Source of the DNA: Octopus vulgaris
Lineage: Eukaryota
Assembly (NCBI GenBank): GCA_951406725.2
Contig: OX597819.1
Coordinates: 36,518,001 to 36,582,000, forward strand
Direction: 5' to 3'
DNA: 64,000 bases
Numbering within the stretch: the stretch's first letter is position 1; each line of letters opens with the position of its first letter. The notes under the pieces are model-generated. The model was not told the DNA's origin and did no database searches. It was given only the letters and a program-made list of their open reading frames with translations. Of this stretch, positions 40,335 through 54,980 are shown piece by piece. The translations under genes were made by a program, and so were the position numbers.

Positions 40335-40885
40335 CATAGATAGAGAAAGAGAGTGGAAGTAAGTGAGAGAGCTTGTGAAAAGGAAAAGAATTACTAAAAA
40401 ACAGATGGTCGGTTCGTAATAGTATGAGAAAGATTATCTGCAGGCGAGTCAATTCCGGAGGCCGATTCAATAGCTAGGAGTTGTAAATTTATTTTCGAAA
40501 ATAGAAAATATGTTAAGCTACACGTGATTGCTTCACAATTTTCTTTGACCACAACTAAATATTTTAAGTTTTCATTGTTGTTTAGCCCAAGGTCAGCAGC
40601 TTTTATCGAACGGACTCATTATAGTCTTTAATGCAATGATCATCCCGTTGTTTGTATGCGTGTGTGTGTATACACACATATGTGTGCGTGTGTGTGTGTA
40701 GTGTTTATCAACACTTTAACGTGCTTATTCCCTAAGAACCGACGATACCACTATTTTAATTCCAGGAAGACATCTCTTCCAGCTGGTTTATTCAGTGTGC
40801 TCTCGTTCTTGATATTCCTTGTAATAGGAAAAGAACTCCTACCACCCTAGCTCCGAGACCACCAGATTGCGTGATTTCAATCTTA

Positions 40886-41292
40886 TTTCTTTATTGCCCA
40901 CAAGGGGCTAAACATAGAGGGGACAAACATGGACAAAGGGATTAAGTCGATTACATCGACCCCAGTGCGTAACTGATACTTAATTTATCGACTCCGAAAG
41001 GATGAAAGGCAAAGTCGAGATCGGTGGAATTTGAACTCAGAACGTAGCGGAAGACGAAATACCTATTTCTTTACTTCCCACAAGGGGCTAAACACAGAGA
41101 GGACAAACAAGGGCAGATAAACGGATTAAGTCGATCATATCGATCAGTGCGTAACTGGTACTTATTTAATCGACCCCGAAAGGATGAAAGGCAAAGTCGA
41201 CCTCGGTGGAATTTGAACCCAGAACGTAGCGGCAGACGAAATACGGCTACGCATTTCTCCCGGCGTGCTAACGCTTCTGCCTGCTCACCGTC
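40886..41292 (-). mobile_element. SINE family A dimer
   Basis: TSD TTTCAATCTTA at 40875-40885 and 41293-41303. Confidence 0.92.
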
Positions 41293-41664
41293 TTTCAATC
41301 TTAATGGATGACTTCAGCAGTGGGCACTCGTTTGTCAGGTGTGGTACTGGTCTGGCCTCGATTACAATATACAGAAAATAGTGTCATACAATCACTGATT
41401 TTTTAACTAGCAAACTAGACCGTTAGAACACCTCTGTTCGAGATAGAAGTAATATACGAAGCAAAACGTAGTATTTATCGTCACTTTAACGTGGGTGTTC
41501 TCTAAGAGCCGACGATACTGCTATTTTAACCGCAGGAAGATATCCGTTTAGTGCGCTCTCGCATTCGATATTCGTCGCAAGCGGGAGAGAACCCCTGCCA
41601 TCCTAGCTCCGAGACCACCGAATCACGTGATTTCGATCTTATTGAATCATTTGAGCGCTGGGCT

Positions 41665-41718
<54 letters not shown>

Positions 41719-42101
41719 AATACACACACACATACATTCATGCTCCCTCGCGCATGTATGTATTTATGTACGACAAACATGGTCCAATGATCCCATTCGT
41801 TCTTAAGACAGTGGGTGTGTAATTTGAGGTAGATTCGGTTGCTATTTCTGGCAGGTGGAGTGACTAAACACAAGCTGTTTCTCTCACTGACTCCAATGAT
41901 TCAAAGTTTACCACAACGGAAGATATCAATTACAAATGAACCAAATAATGTTGTAGTACTGATGATTCTCGCACTGATTATAAGAAATAACTTCGCTTAA
42001 AATACAGAAATGAGAATCAATCTCTCTTTCTCTCTACCTCCCCATCAATCTCCCCCCTCTCTTTTTCTTTCTTTCGTTCTCTTTCTCTCACTTTGTTGCA
42101 G

Positions 42102-42142
42102 GTTCTTACCAGGAAGTTTTCTTCAGAAGCCCCGTGGCGCAC
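42102..42142 (+). CDS. Candidate 41-bp exon (possibly (G)SYQEVFFRSPVAH)
   Basis: Long polypyrimidine tract plus ttgcag acceptor; donor CAC|gtatgt; all three frames are open, so the frame is not fixed. Confidence 0.35.
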
Positions 42143-42477
42143 GTATGTTGGTTGGAAGTAAATAGTTCAACTGAAAAGGAGTGTAGAAAACCCTGAGGAA
42201 TAATGCAAGTCTCGTATTAATTAGAGATTTATAATTTCATGTAAATATCTAAATCAAATACACGATAAAGTAAGAATCTACATGTCAGTGCCCTCACTGC
42301 AGAAAGGTATTTGGCTTAATGAAGCAAGGAAATGGGGAATGCTTTTTATTCTACTGAAAGCAGTTGGTTTTGCCACCTCCAGAGAAAAAGTACGAAAGAC
42401 CATCCACAAATATAGCATTCAAAAATGCCTATTTACAAACGCACATATATGCAAACAGATTGAAATATATACCTATG

Positions 42478-42889
<412 letters not shown>

Positions 42890-42958
42890 ATATATACATA
42901 GATGCATTGATACATACATACAAACATATGAATATACATACATACATACATACATACA

Positions 42959-42994
<36 letters not shown>

Positions 42995-43066
42995 TATATA
43001 TATGCTTGTATCCATACATGCATATATATATACATACATACATACATACATACATACATACATACA

Positions 43067-43099
<33 letters not shown>

Positions 43100-43928
43100 G
43101 TATATGTGTGTATGTGTGTCTCTATTTCTCCTGCGAGCCTTATGATCTTCCTACCCTCAGACATAAGCCCGAAAACCCGTTTTTAATATTAGGTTGATAA
43201 TAATTTCCATATTACGAACCTCTTAGCGGTTTGGTAAAGGAGACGAGTAGAAGAAATCCCGGTCTTGAAAATAAACTCTGGGGTAGATTTAGTCGACTAA
43301 ATCCTTCAAGACGGTGCCCCAGCCTGGCCGCAATCAAATAAATGAAACAAGTAAAAATAAAACTTGTTTAAAGGTGCCATGAGTTTGACTTGAGGAAGAT
43401 TTATCTGTTATTTCTAGTTGTTTGATAGAGTTCTTTGGGGCTCTGTCATCGGCATAACAGATTGAAATTCTTCCTGTATGAAAGAAATTGATTACGAATG
43501 AAGCAAAAGAATTCCAGGGACGTTCATACTGATACTGCAAAGATACAACGTTCATTTTAAAAATACGGAAATCTAAGAATATTTTCCTTGCAGCGACTTA
43601 ATAGGAAGATTCTTTTTAGACATCCAATGGAGAAGCAAATCCCAAACGTAGGCTGGAAGTATATAACGGAATAGAAAGGTGTGTGAGAGTCACTGGAGGT
43701 AAACTGTGCATTAATTAAGAAGTTTAAAATATTAAAATATTAAAATCAAATATAGAATAAAGAGGGAGAGAAGTTTCGAGATTTAATGAAGCATGAAGAC
43801 AAATATTTCATGTTACTTTATTGCGAACCTTGTCCCTTGAGATCCTCTCTCAGAAACAGACTTGTAAAACTACCCACATGTAATAACAAACGCAAACGCA
43901 TGCACATGTATGTATACATGTTCTCACA

Positions 43929-44140
<212 letters not shown>

Positions 44141-44343
44141 TGGGTAGATAGTTATATGCATGAATATATAATCGTATACTTTGAGGTAATGTTGCAAATG
44201 TCGTCATCGCGGAAAGAATATCTAAAGGTATTGACTGTAATGTTATACATTCCAGTTTAAATATGTATATTTAAATCTGTCTATCTGTCTCTGTCTGCCT
44301 GTCTGTCTGTCTGTCTGTCTCTCTCTCTATCTATATATATATA

Positions 44344-44387
<44 letters not shown>

Positions 44388-44629
44388 TCTGTCTGCCTGC
44401 ATATCTATCTATACTAGTATATACGCAGTGAAGCTATACAATAGCGTCGTATTTATTACGATTGCTATTTACCAGTATATATTGGTGCCTTGTTGTACCA
44501 TTTATCTACTTTTATATGTATATATATATATATATACATGTCTATTTATCTATCTATCTATCAGTCTGTTTGTCTGCCTATCTATCTATAATTTGGTACT
44601 GTTAACTTGTAACACACAACATAATATCG

Positions 44630-45600
44630 ACTGATGGTGGGACCCTATATGTTTAGTGGAGTAAAATTTATTGATAATATTGGTTTGAGTGGGATTTCAA
44701 GTTTTACCTTCAACGGTTTATTCAAATAGTCTAGGCGAATAAAGCTTTCACTTAGTCAAGAGTACCCTCACTCTTCCCTTATGTACGTTCTGACTCAAAC
44801 CACGATTGCAGAAGTCGAAGGTTTCGAGTAGAATCCTGCGTGAATTAAGATACAGCAAATCCAGGTTTCTATATACGGATCACGCTACGATAATATTGTC
44901 GGATACCAAACACAACGATTTGATCGGCACTAGTCTAAAGGAATATGAGGCGGTAACAGGAGCATAAAGTAACGAGGTGAAGTCTTTGGGTTTCTAGTTC
45001 GGTGCCTGGAGAGGTAAATCAACGCCATCTGACAACGTTGTGATGACCTGCTTAAAGTGCTCTGGGTTTGGCTTGGTCGAAACCTGCAGATGGACAAGAA
45101 TTGGAAAGAGGTCTCGAGCAGGCTGGTCAACCACGCCTAGGAATGTACCCAGAGGAAGCTATCCCTGAAGAGTCGGGAGGAGGTAGTGAATGACTACATC
45201 GCATCTACTAAAGCCTACCCGTCATGTCTTGCCTCGCTTCATGGACTACCAAAGCGGAGCACTTGATGTTCTGTGTTGGGAACATACTTCAAAGTTCAGA
45301 TGATCCATTGGCTGTTCATATCCGCAAGCTGGAGGACTTATCACGCTGTGGTTGATGATGCCAGACATATGCTGAGGCTGCGATAACTCTAGCAATTTCT
45401 TGACGATGAGCGAGTACGGTCGCCATTTTCTAGACACACTTTTCCGCAGCTTGTTTCTTTGACAGAGCTGCAGTCTTGGATCAAGATTAGACCGATGCAG
45501 GGAGTTTGACACCTAGAATTATGATAAATGTTAAGAGTCCTCCGCCAGTCGGGTAATATGATCAGTGGATGTTCTCTCATGACGTTTTATAGAAGACTTG
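44630..45600 (+). mobile_element. Decayed L1/Tx1-like LINE ORF2 (reverse transcriptase region)
   Basis: YTDHATIILSD..LKEYEAVTGA..KSLG..GAWRGK..LQMDKNWKEV..RKLSLKSR, with stops. Confidence 0.8.
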
Positions 45601-46029
45601 TAGTGGATAAGAGCTAGAAGGGAAAATCTGGGTGTCGATGGAAATCAACTGGGCTCATCGAAAATTTCCAAAAATCTCTATCCTAGCAGTGCTACGTGCT
45701 GGGGCAAGCATTGCTAACTTCTGAAATTAAGTTAAACTGCTGCTATCCTGTTTAAGGGGGACGCGGTTATTGGGTAGGAAGTCCATCGGCTCATGGCAAA
45801 AACTGAAAGAGCTGAAAACAATTTACTTTTTGGCGAAACCCTCACCGACTTTTTCAAGTTCCAGTTGGAAAGAAACAGCTGTTAGGGAGGGAGGTGCTGC
45901 CCCGTAAATTTGATGAAAGATAAGTGAATGCAGTGAGAATGACACGAGTAACTTTATCTGCTAGACCTACAATATGAATACTAAATGGACTAATCTAAGT
46001 AGGCTGAAAAGTACGGAATAGAGAGAAGC

Positions 46030-46430
46030 ACTTGCCATAATATTCTTAATAAGCTGTGCAGTTCCTTCATCTCTCTTTGATGGCGATTCCCTCCACACTT
46101 TTTTGCACTCAGTCTCTAGAATGGTTCTTACTCTCCTGACGCATTTTCTTCCCTTTATTGTAGAATGCTGTATGTCATCTCTTTCGTTAAACTCTAAATT
46201 TTAAACCCTAGTCAAGCATAAATGATTCACACATTATTAACTTCTGCACACTTATTCAATCCATACAAAACTCCATATCTATATCGTCTGTTAACCTCTT
46301 GATTGCTGTGATAAAACCTTCGAGGCCGTTCCAGTCATATAGTTTTAAATCGTCCTTATAAAATAAATGGATGATAGTTTCTTATTCTTGATCTTTTAAC
46401 CAAAACCTATTTTGCTTCATTTCAGTGATA
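46030..46430 (-). mobile_element. Decayed R4/Dong-like LINE reverse transcriptase fragment
   Basis: IIHLFYKDDLKLY..DDIDMEF..GLNKCA..DIQHSTIK..RVRTILETE. Confidence 0.75.
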
Positions 46431-46959
46431 AGGGAATTAAGGAAGGGTATTTAAGGATTGGAGAAAGAGAGTCTCGTTTAAAAATGCCACAGCTGATGTT
46501 TTTGCTATAGATCTTTGTATTCCTTGAATGGGGAAGAATTGGGTTAATATTCTAGAAGACCATGCTGTGCCTCAAAAATCAAATAAGCGTTGCTGATACT
46601 TTGTAAAGTTCGAGAAATTTCAGTGTCTCGTATTGTAGGGCAAACCCAATCACTTTCTGGCAGTCGATGCGAACGCAACTAAAGTGCTCTGAGTAGCAAT
46701 TTTTTTTCATATATCATCCGATTTATTAGCAGTTAAGCCTAAACATTTGTATGACCCTCGGCGATATCCTTTTTGATTTTTTGGGAAGAGGTTACTTTCT
46801 TCTGTATGAGTGTATGTACATTCAGCTAATACAGATGTTAAAAGTTTGTAAGGTGTTTGACCGACAGGTCATTGTTCTGTAATTTTGGTAATTATTAACA
46901 CGTTCTTCCACATAGCCACACGGGTATTTTAGTTGATTCTAATATAGTTTTGGTGAAGA

Positions 46960-47700
46960 CCGCGTCGGATAAAATGTTTAGCAACATTTCTAGTTCTTTA
47001 CGATCTTACTTCAAATTTCACCAAAGTCACCTTAGTTTTTCGTTTTTCCGGGATCGATAAAATAAGTACAGCTGAGAACTAAGGTTGATGTAATCAACAA
47101 AACCTTTCCTTCTAAAATTTCTGGCCTAGTGCCAAAATTTGAAAGGAAGGTGACGAGCTGGCAAAGTTACGTTCTGAGTCCAAATATCGCCGAAGTCGAC
47201 TTTGCCTCAATTTCTTCGATGTATTAGATTAACTCACCCCATTAAATTTGATGGTCTTGTTCTAAACTTTGGAACAATTAATAAAGGCGGCGAGCTGGCT
47301 GAATCGTTAGTGCTGGAGGAAACGCTTTGCAGCATTTCTTTCGTCTTTCCTTTCTGAGTTCTAATTCCACCGAGGTCCACTTTGCCTTTCATCCTTTCGA
47401 GGTCGATAGAATAAGTACCAATTGAGTAATGGAGTCAATGTAATCGACTTACCCCAGCCCCCGAAATTGCTGGCCTTGTAACAAAATTTGAAACCATTAT
47501 AATCAGGGCAGCGAGCTGACAAAATTGTTAGTACACCGGACAAAGAACTTGGCGGCATTTCTTCCAGCTTTGCGTTCAAATGCCACCGGGATCGACGTTA
47601 CCTTTTGTCCTTTCAGGGTCGATAAATTTAGTACCAGTTGAGTAGTAGAGTCGATATAAACCGCTCCCTGCCAAACTTTAGGCATTTTTCCTATAGCAGA
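46960..47700 (+). mobile_element. Cluster of about four diverged SINE family A copies
   Basis: Repeated heads (47149, 47284, 47506) and cores. Confidence 0.8.
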
Positions 47701-48170
47701 AAAGGCATGAGGACAGATACATTCCTCTTTGGTAGAGCTCTCATTAACTTCTTCAAGTTTCTCTTGAAAAGGAAATTGAGAGGGAAGTGCTGTCGTCGAG
47801 TGAGTTTATTGAAAGGTGGGTGAAAGTTGCGAAAATGGCAAAAGAGATGGTACCTTTCTCAGTGTAGACCTGTAAGTCGGAGAGAAGGAATTGGAGAGGG
47901 CACTTGCTCTTGGTGTTCAGGGAAATCTCGGACTGTAAGGTTCCTCGATTATCTCTAGCGGCCTTCCTGTATCAGAAGGGCTACATCTCTATCATCCTCC
48001 CCGACCCTTTTTTTTAAACCTTTGTATACTATGTATATGTCCCTTCTTTTTCAGTCTACACCGTGTATACTTCTCTTTTTTTTATCATTTCATTATATGT
48101 AAAACCCCACATTTTATGTTTGTCTTTGTATTGTCCCCCCATCCTTCGTTCTTATGGCAAATGCATAAAA
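47700..48170 (+). mobile_element. L1/Tx1-like LINE ORF2 C-terminus and 3' UTR
   Basis: KGMRTDTFLFGRALINFFKFLLKRKLR..EFIERWVKVAKM followed by a pyrimidine-rich UTR. Confidence 0.6.
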
Positions 48171-48176
48171 TCATCA

Positions 48177-48228
<52 letters not shown>

Positions 48229-48230
48229 CA

Positions 48231-48270
<40 letters not shown>

Positions 48271-48271
<1 letters not shown>

Positions 48272-48856
48272 GAGTGAGAGAGCTGTGCATGCCATCAGAG
48301 TGACATTGGGGTAAAATATACAAAGCCCAGTATACCCATCATGACTACTCGTCTGATAAGGGTACACCAGGCACATGCATCACAACCATATGTGCGCGAC
48401 ATGGTGATCTCATATCAAGATAAACAGCACATGTCCTTGCAGGTGGGGCCCAGTTAGAATTTTCTTCTGGTCGAGTAGCCTATCCTGCTCAAATGGTCCC
48501 TGAATAAGGATTGTTTAAGGCTGTTCAACGAACCACCCATGTTTCCAAAGGTGAATTATCCAAACCTTCAAGAATTCCTTTCAATACACGGCCATGATAC
48601 TCCCCCACTACTTCTGCTCATGGTCAGAGAGGCACATATCGTCAGCCACTAAGGGACATGCTCAACTGGTTAAGGTCAAACAACTGACAAGCAAATATGT
48701 GGTATTGAGCAGAATATTTGCTGTAGCCCATCTTTTATATCAAGACAAAACAATGTACATAATAACATTTCTAATCAGCTAAGATCAGAAGCCTAACACT
48801 TCAAATCAGTTAAGATCAGAAGCGATAACACTTCTAATCAGTTAAGATCAGAAGCT
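48271..48856 (-). mobile_element. Non-coding element embedded in (TTA)n, with three ~31-bp tandem repeats at one end
   Basis: (TTA)n at 48180-48270 and 48857-48905; AACAxTTCxAATCAGxTAAGATCAGAAGC x3 at 48764-48855. Confidence 0.5.
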
Positions 48857-49339
48857 TATTATTATTATTATTATTCTTATTATTATTATCATCATCATCA
48901 TTATTAACTAATCCGTCGAGGCCGACTTTACCGGGCATCCTTTCGGAATCGATAAATTAAGTACCCCCCCCACCACCAAGTTCAGGCCTTGTGTCTATTG
49001 TAGAAAGAGTTATCATCATTATTAGCTGCGTGTTAAGCGTTGTGACCAGTGGAATGCTATACTAAATATATCTTTATTTGTTTAGTTAAATTCCGAGTTC
49101 ATATATCGACAAGAGGGAAGCTGAGATATCGAAGACAGTTATGTTAATTACAGACTATATAATTATATAATTCTAGGTCATCAGCCTTTTAATCACAATA
49201 TATAATTGGGTGAGAAAACACGCACACACACATATTGCGCAGTTGATAAACAATATGTGAGTAGCAACATATTTAATACGCAGAAGACTGAAAAAATTGA
49301 AGTGGAATTAATGCGTTGAAGGAAAATGGTATTACTCAC

Positions 49340-49550
49340 CAATGACTAAAACCGATGTTTTATCCATGCTATCACCGCAAGTAAGAGAGATAATATTTCG
49401 TTTACTACAATATGCCCTGAGCTAAGTAAATAAGTCGCCGATCGATGTTTTTCTCTTTACATACATTTTATTCTACATTGTAACATTAATGTTCCATTTC
49501 TCAACGACTGAAGGTCATTAACTCAGGTGACATCTTCACTTTCGAATGTC
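49340..49550 (-). other. Candidate exon (5' UTR plus possible start MDKTSVLVI at 49367-49340)
   Basis: Acceptor cctttgcag and consensus donor TTG|gtgagt; unique sequence. Confidence 0.3.
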
Positions 49551-49619
49551 CTGCAAAGGCGTGAGATTCCTCAGACATTACTAATATAAATATGACATAA
49601 ATAACATTACTCTATCTAC

Positions 49620-50028
49620 GGATCTTTTCGGTTTGAACGACAGTTTTTTCTAGCGGTGTCATATGAAATTGTCACCCATAATTATGACCCTAGTATCGAT
49701 CTATTGCATTTCAATCTGTTTTAGGGTCAGGGGTGAGGGAGGGGTATATTTTTTTCTTCACAAATGTAAATAAACCCAATCTGTTTCTTACACAAGGGAC
49801 ATATTCATACGGCACAGAATGTTTTTTAACTCAATAGACGTCAGTGATTGGTTGAAATTGCAGAAATTGAAGAAAAAACAACAAATATCTTACAAACTAT
49901 AGAATTTTCTCAATAAAGCCAAGAGAAAAAGATGTTTTATAAACACATTCTACTAGTATACGAAGTTTAAAAGTGTTTAGTTACGTGGAAATTATTTTAA
50001 AAAACTACCGTTCAAACCGAAAAGATCC
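49620..50028 (-). mobile_element. GGATC-TIR MITE, full length
   Basis: TIR GGATCTTTTCGGTTTGAACG at both ends; 8-bp TSD CTATCTAC. Confidence 0.92.
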
Positions 50029-51319
50029 CTATCTACAGTTTATCATTAAAATGGAAGGTCAGATCTAACTTTCGAATTTAAAAAAATTATTTTCTTATAT
50101 TTAACTTGCAATATATCTTCCTCGTGTATTTTTTTTGTACCATTTTGGAACGCTACGGCGTCCATATTAAAGCTGAAACAGAACCAAAATTGACATATTT
50201 ATTCTCTCTCCTAGTATTTTAATTTTAACATTTTTAACGTTCCAAGCTGTGAAATTGTACAGAAACCGAGGCCAGCGGGCTCCCTGAGAGTCAAATACAG
50301 TAGGCGCCGTAAGTTTGCATAGTGATAGCTTTGTTGCAAGTCTCTAACAGAGTTTGGAATCGCTAGTACGGTAAACATTGGGTGTTGACCATCACTAAAA
50401 TTGCGGAGAAAGCTATTAAGTGGCTTGGGTTAATCGAGCAGATTAAGCGAGTGATTTGTTACTGCTAAGATGCAAACCAAAACTGAAGGAACTTGAGTGA
50501 GGAGGCCTCACAATTCCAAGAACATTACTGATGATGCACACCAATACAACCTAGACGTGTATCTTAAAACCACAACGATGCTTTTAGATTTATAAATGAT
50601 CTATGCACTTCCACCTACAAATAGGTAGATGAGCCAGTATAAATGGTTTCTAACTTAAATATAAGGCCACGCAGATCGGATGGGAAGAGTAAGTGCCGAT
50701 TGGATTAAATTGATATCTAACTGGTACTTTATTTCATCGATGAAAGATGGAAGGCAAAGATCATCATCAGTCAGAATTGAACTCAAAGTGTAAAGGGCTG
50801 TAAGTAAATTCAGCTACTTCTTTTGTTCGATGCTCTTCTGATTCATCCAATACGTTGACTTCACATAATTATTGGTTAAAAAAATAATAAAAAGAACTAA
50901 CTCTTAGCGCAGAACAAATATTTCGATTTAATTACGAGTAGAAGATCTACCATTTAAGTGGTTTGAGGATTGTTGGCATCAACACTGGCGTTGCAATTCC
51001 CTTCTGAGAAATGGAAGCATTCTGTAATGGCGAATCATGAAATTTTGACAAAGTTCCAGTTGATATCTGTGACGAAATTATGATTTCACTTTTTAGTAAT
51101 TTCTCATGCCAACATATCTATTTTTCTGTAGGTAAACGTCGCACATCATAAAGTGTTTTTTTTCCTTTCAGAGGTTTTTCTTTAATCTTTATTTTCTGTC
51201 ATTGGACTGCGGCCATGTTGGTGCACCGTCTTTAAAGGTTTTACGCAAACAAATCGTTGTAGAAAGATAGGTAACCCTATCAAATCCCTAGTTGGTAGAA
51301 CCTACCCTTTTAGTAGAAC

Positions 51320-51543
51320 CCCCTGTACTGATAGGAACTGTTTTGTATGTAGATGTAGCTCACAGAAAAACTGTAAAACTAGGAATGTAGTCTATAGTAT
51401 GAGATGTACAGAGGGACGGTACAGTAACAAGACAACGAAGTACGTAGGGGAGACAGCAAGGAACATAGGAAAGTGGGTAAATGAGCATTGGAACTTAAGG
51501 AAGAGAAGAGCTTATCGGTTCTATACCAGCAAGCCGAGCAGGA

Positions 51544-51545
<2 letters not shown>
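51320..51545 (+). mobile_element. Penelope-like element fragment: Cys-rich linker plus GIY-YIG endonuclease
   Basis: [46 protein letters not shown]. Confidence 0.85.
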
Positions 51546-51618
<73 letters not shown>

Positions 51619-51671
51619 CACACACACATATATATATATACACACACATATATATACACACACATATATAT

Positions 51672-51714
<43 letters not shown>

Positions 51715-52115
51715 TATATATATATACACATATATACACACATATATATATATACACATATATATATACACATATATATACACATATATATATACACATA
51801 TATATACACATATATATATATACACATATATATACACATATATACACACATATATACACACACATATATACACATATATACACATAAATACATATGCATA
51901 TATACACATATATACATACATATAAATATACATATATATATACATATATATATATACATATATATAAATATACATATATATATACATATATATACATATA
52001 TATAAATATACATATATATATACATATATATAAATATACATATATATATACATATATATAAATATACATATATATATACATATATATAAATATACATATA
52101 TATACATATACATAC

Positions 52116-52146
<31 letters not shown>

Positions 52147-52415
52147 CATATACATATACATACATATATATATATATATACATATACATATACATACATA
52201 TATATATATATATACATATACATATACATACATTATATATATATACATATACATATACATACATTATATATATATACATATACATATACATACATATATA
52301 TATATATACATATACATATACATACATATATATATACATATATATATATATACATATACATATACATACATATATATATATATATACATATACATATACA
52401 TACATATATATATAC

Positions 52416-52447
<32 letters not shown>

Positions 52448-52483
52448 ACATATATATATATATATACATATACATATACATAC

Positions 52484-52516
<33 letters not shown>

Positions 52517-52719
52517 CATATACATACATATATATATACATATATATATATACATATACATACATATATATATACATATATATATATATATACATATACA
52601 TACATATATATATACATATATATATATATATACATATACATACATATATATATACATATATATATATATACATATACATACATATATATATACATATATA
52701 TATATATACATATACATAC

Positions 52720-52750
<31 letters not shown>

Positions 52751-52779
52751 CATATACATATACATACATATATATATAC

Positions 52780-52810
<31 letters not shown>

Positions 52811-52827
52811 CATATACATATACATAC

Positions 52828-52872
<45 letters not shown>

Positions 52873-53017
52873 CATACATATATATATACATATACATACA
52901 CATATACATACATATATATATATACATATACATACATATATATATATATATACATACATATATATATATATACATACATATATATACATATACATACATA
53001 TATATATATATACATAC

Positions 53018-53048
<31 letters not shown>

Positions 53049-53343
53049 CATATATATACATATATATACACATATATATACATATATATACATATATATA
53101 TATACATATATATACACATATATATACATATATATACACATATATATACATATATATATATATACATATATATATACATATACATACATATATATATACA
53201 TATACATACATATATATATACATATACATACATATATATATACATATACATACATATATATATACATATACATACATATATATATACATATACATACATA
53301 TATATATACATATATATACATATATATATATACATATATATAC

Positions 53344-53390
<47 letters not shown>

Positions 53391-53395
53391 TATAC

Positions 53396-53468
<73 letters not shown>

Positions 53469-53511
53469 CATATATATACATATATATATATATACATACA
53501 TATATATATAC

Positions 53512-53598
<87 letters not shown>

Positions 53599-53629
53599 CA
53601 TATACATACATATATATATATACATATAC

Positions 53630-53660
<31 letters not shown>

Positions 53661-53873
53661 CATACATATACATATATACATATACATACATACAGGTGGT
53701 GTTATTAAGTTAGACATGGCCTGGGCCAATAATGGCCGAAACCTATCAAAGTATCAAAGTATATATATACATATATATATACATATACATATATATATAC
53801 ATATATATACATACATATATATATATATATACATACATATATATACATATATATATACATACATATATATACA

Positions 53874-53905
<32 letters not shown>

Positions 53906-54045
53906 CATGTATATATACATACATACATGTATATATACATACATACATGTATATATACATACATACATGTATATATACATACATACATATATACATACAT
54001 ACATATATGCATACATACATACATATATACATACATACATACACA

Positions 54046-54111
<66 letters not shown>
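51546..54111. repeat. About 2.5 kb complex (TA)n/(TACA)n microsatellite with a 65-bp unique island at 53694-53760
   Basis: Directly visible. Confidence 0.95.
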
Positions 54112-54112
<1 letters not shown>

Positions 54113-54255
54113 GACGAGTTTCTTTTTAGTTTCCATCTATCAAATCCACACACAAGTTTTTGGTCGACCTGACGCAATAGTAGAAGACACTTGTCCAAGG
54201 TTCCACGCTGTGATCTGAACCCGGGACCATAGGTTGGGAAGCAAACTTCTTAACA
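54112..54255 (-). mobile_element. SINE family B, 5' half (3' end probably at 51185-51255)
   Basis: Head and AGAAGACACTTG motif. Confidence 0.75.
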
Positions 54256-54786
54256 TTCTTAGGAAACTTATAACTGCGCACCTGGATTGAAGACCATTCT
54301 GTATCTTTTAATTTTTAGAACGATTATTAAAAAAACGTATTATTAAAATGAAAACATGTGTTTAATAAATTTTTCATTACGGTAGGAAAGATACCAAGTA
54401 ACCTATAAGTTTCAAACATTGAAAACATAAATAAAGATACTAAAATCATGATTATTGATCGCTGACTTGACTGTTCAAGGGTATATTGTTTCTTTTCACC
54501 TCTTTTTAAAAAAAAAAATAAATGTTTAAAACACGACTATGCTTTCCTAATTTTCTGAAAAAAATTCCATAAAAGAAAAGCGAACATTTGAAAATAACAA
54601 ATGTAAGACAAAAAAAAAAAAGAATTAGAAAAATTCATTCTCTGCAATTAAAATATAGTTACAAGTGAATTAGGGGAGAAAATATATACAGTTAAATAAA
54701 CGATATACACTAGTCATATAAGCATTGATTGAACATCATTGCGGGAAATAAACATCTCCCATCAATTTCTGAAAGCGTATATAATT

Positions 54787-54824
<38 letters not shown>

Positions 54825-54919
54825 ATGGTATGACAACAAAAGAACGAATGAGACATTGATATTATGTAAATAGAGGAATTTATCAGTAATATAATATGTG
54901 ACAATTATTCGGTTACCAA

Positions 54920-54980
54920 CATAAAACTCAGAGTTTCGGATGGCTGGGCGGAAATCTTCTCCGGTATCTCGTCAGTTATC
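54920..54980 (-). ncRNA. Hammerhead ribozyme motif (left arm)
   Basis: GAUAA-CUGACGA-GAU..AUC-C-GAAA-CUCUGAG-UU-UUAUG. Confidence 0.65.

Noticed and set aside
43334-43555. ORF with a YADD motif, or a minus-strand exon
   Set aside because: No other reverse transcriptase motifs, no good donor, and it runs into repeat-derived sequence.
53694-53760. GGCCA-ATAA-TGGCC-GAAAC as a hammerhead
   Set aside because: Only stem II and GAAA remain; the CUGANGA core is absent, so at most a remnant.
51379-54218. Long YI/MYV-rich ORFs (up to 704 aa), and similar ORFs at 31515-32238 and 39527-39964
   Set aside because: Translations of (TA)n, (TACA)n and (TCTA)n microsatellites.
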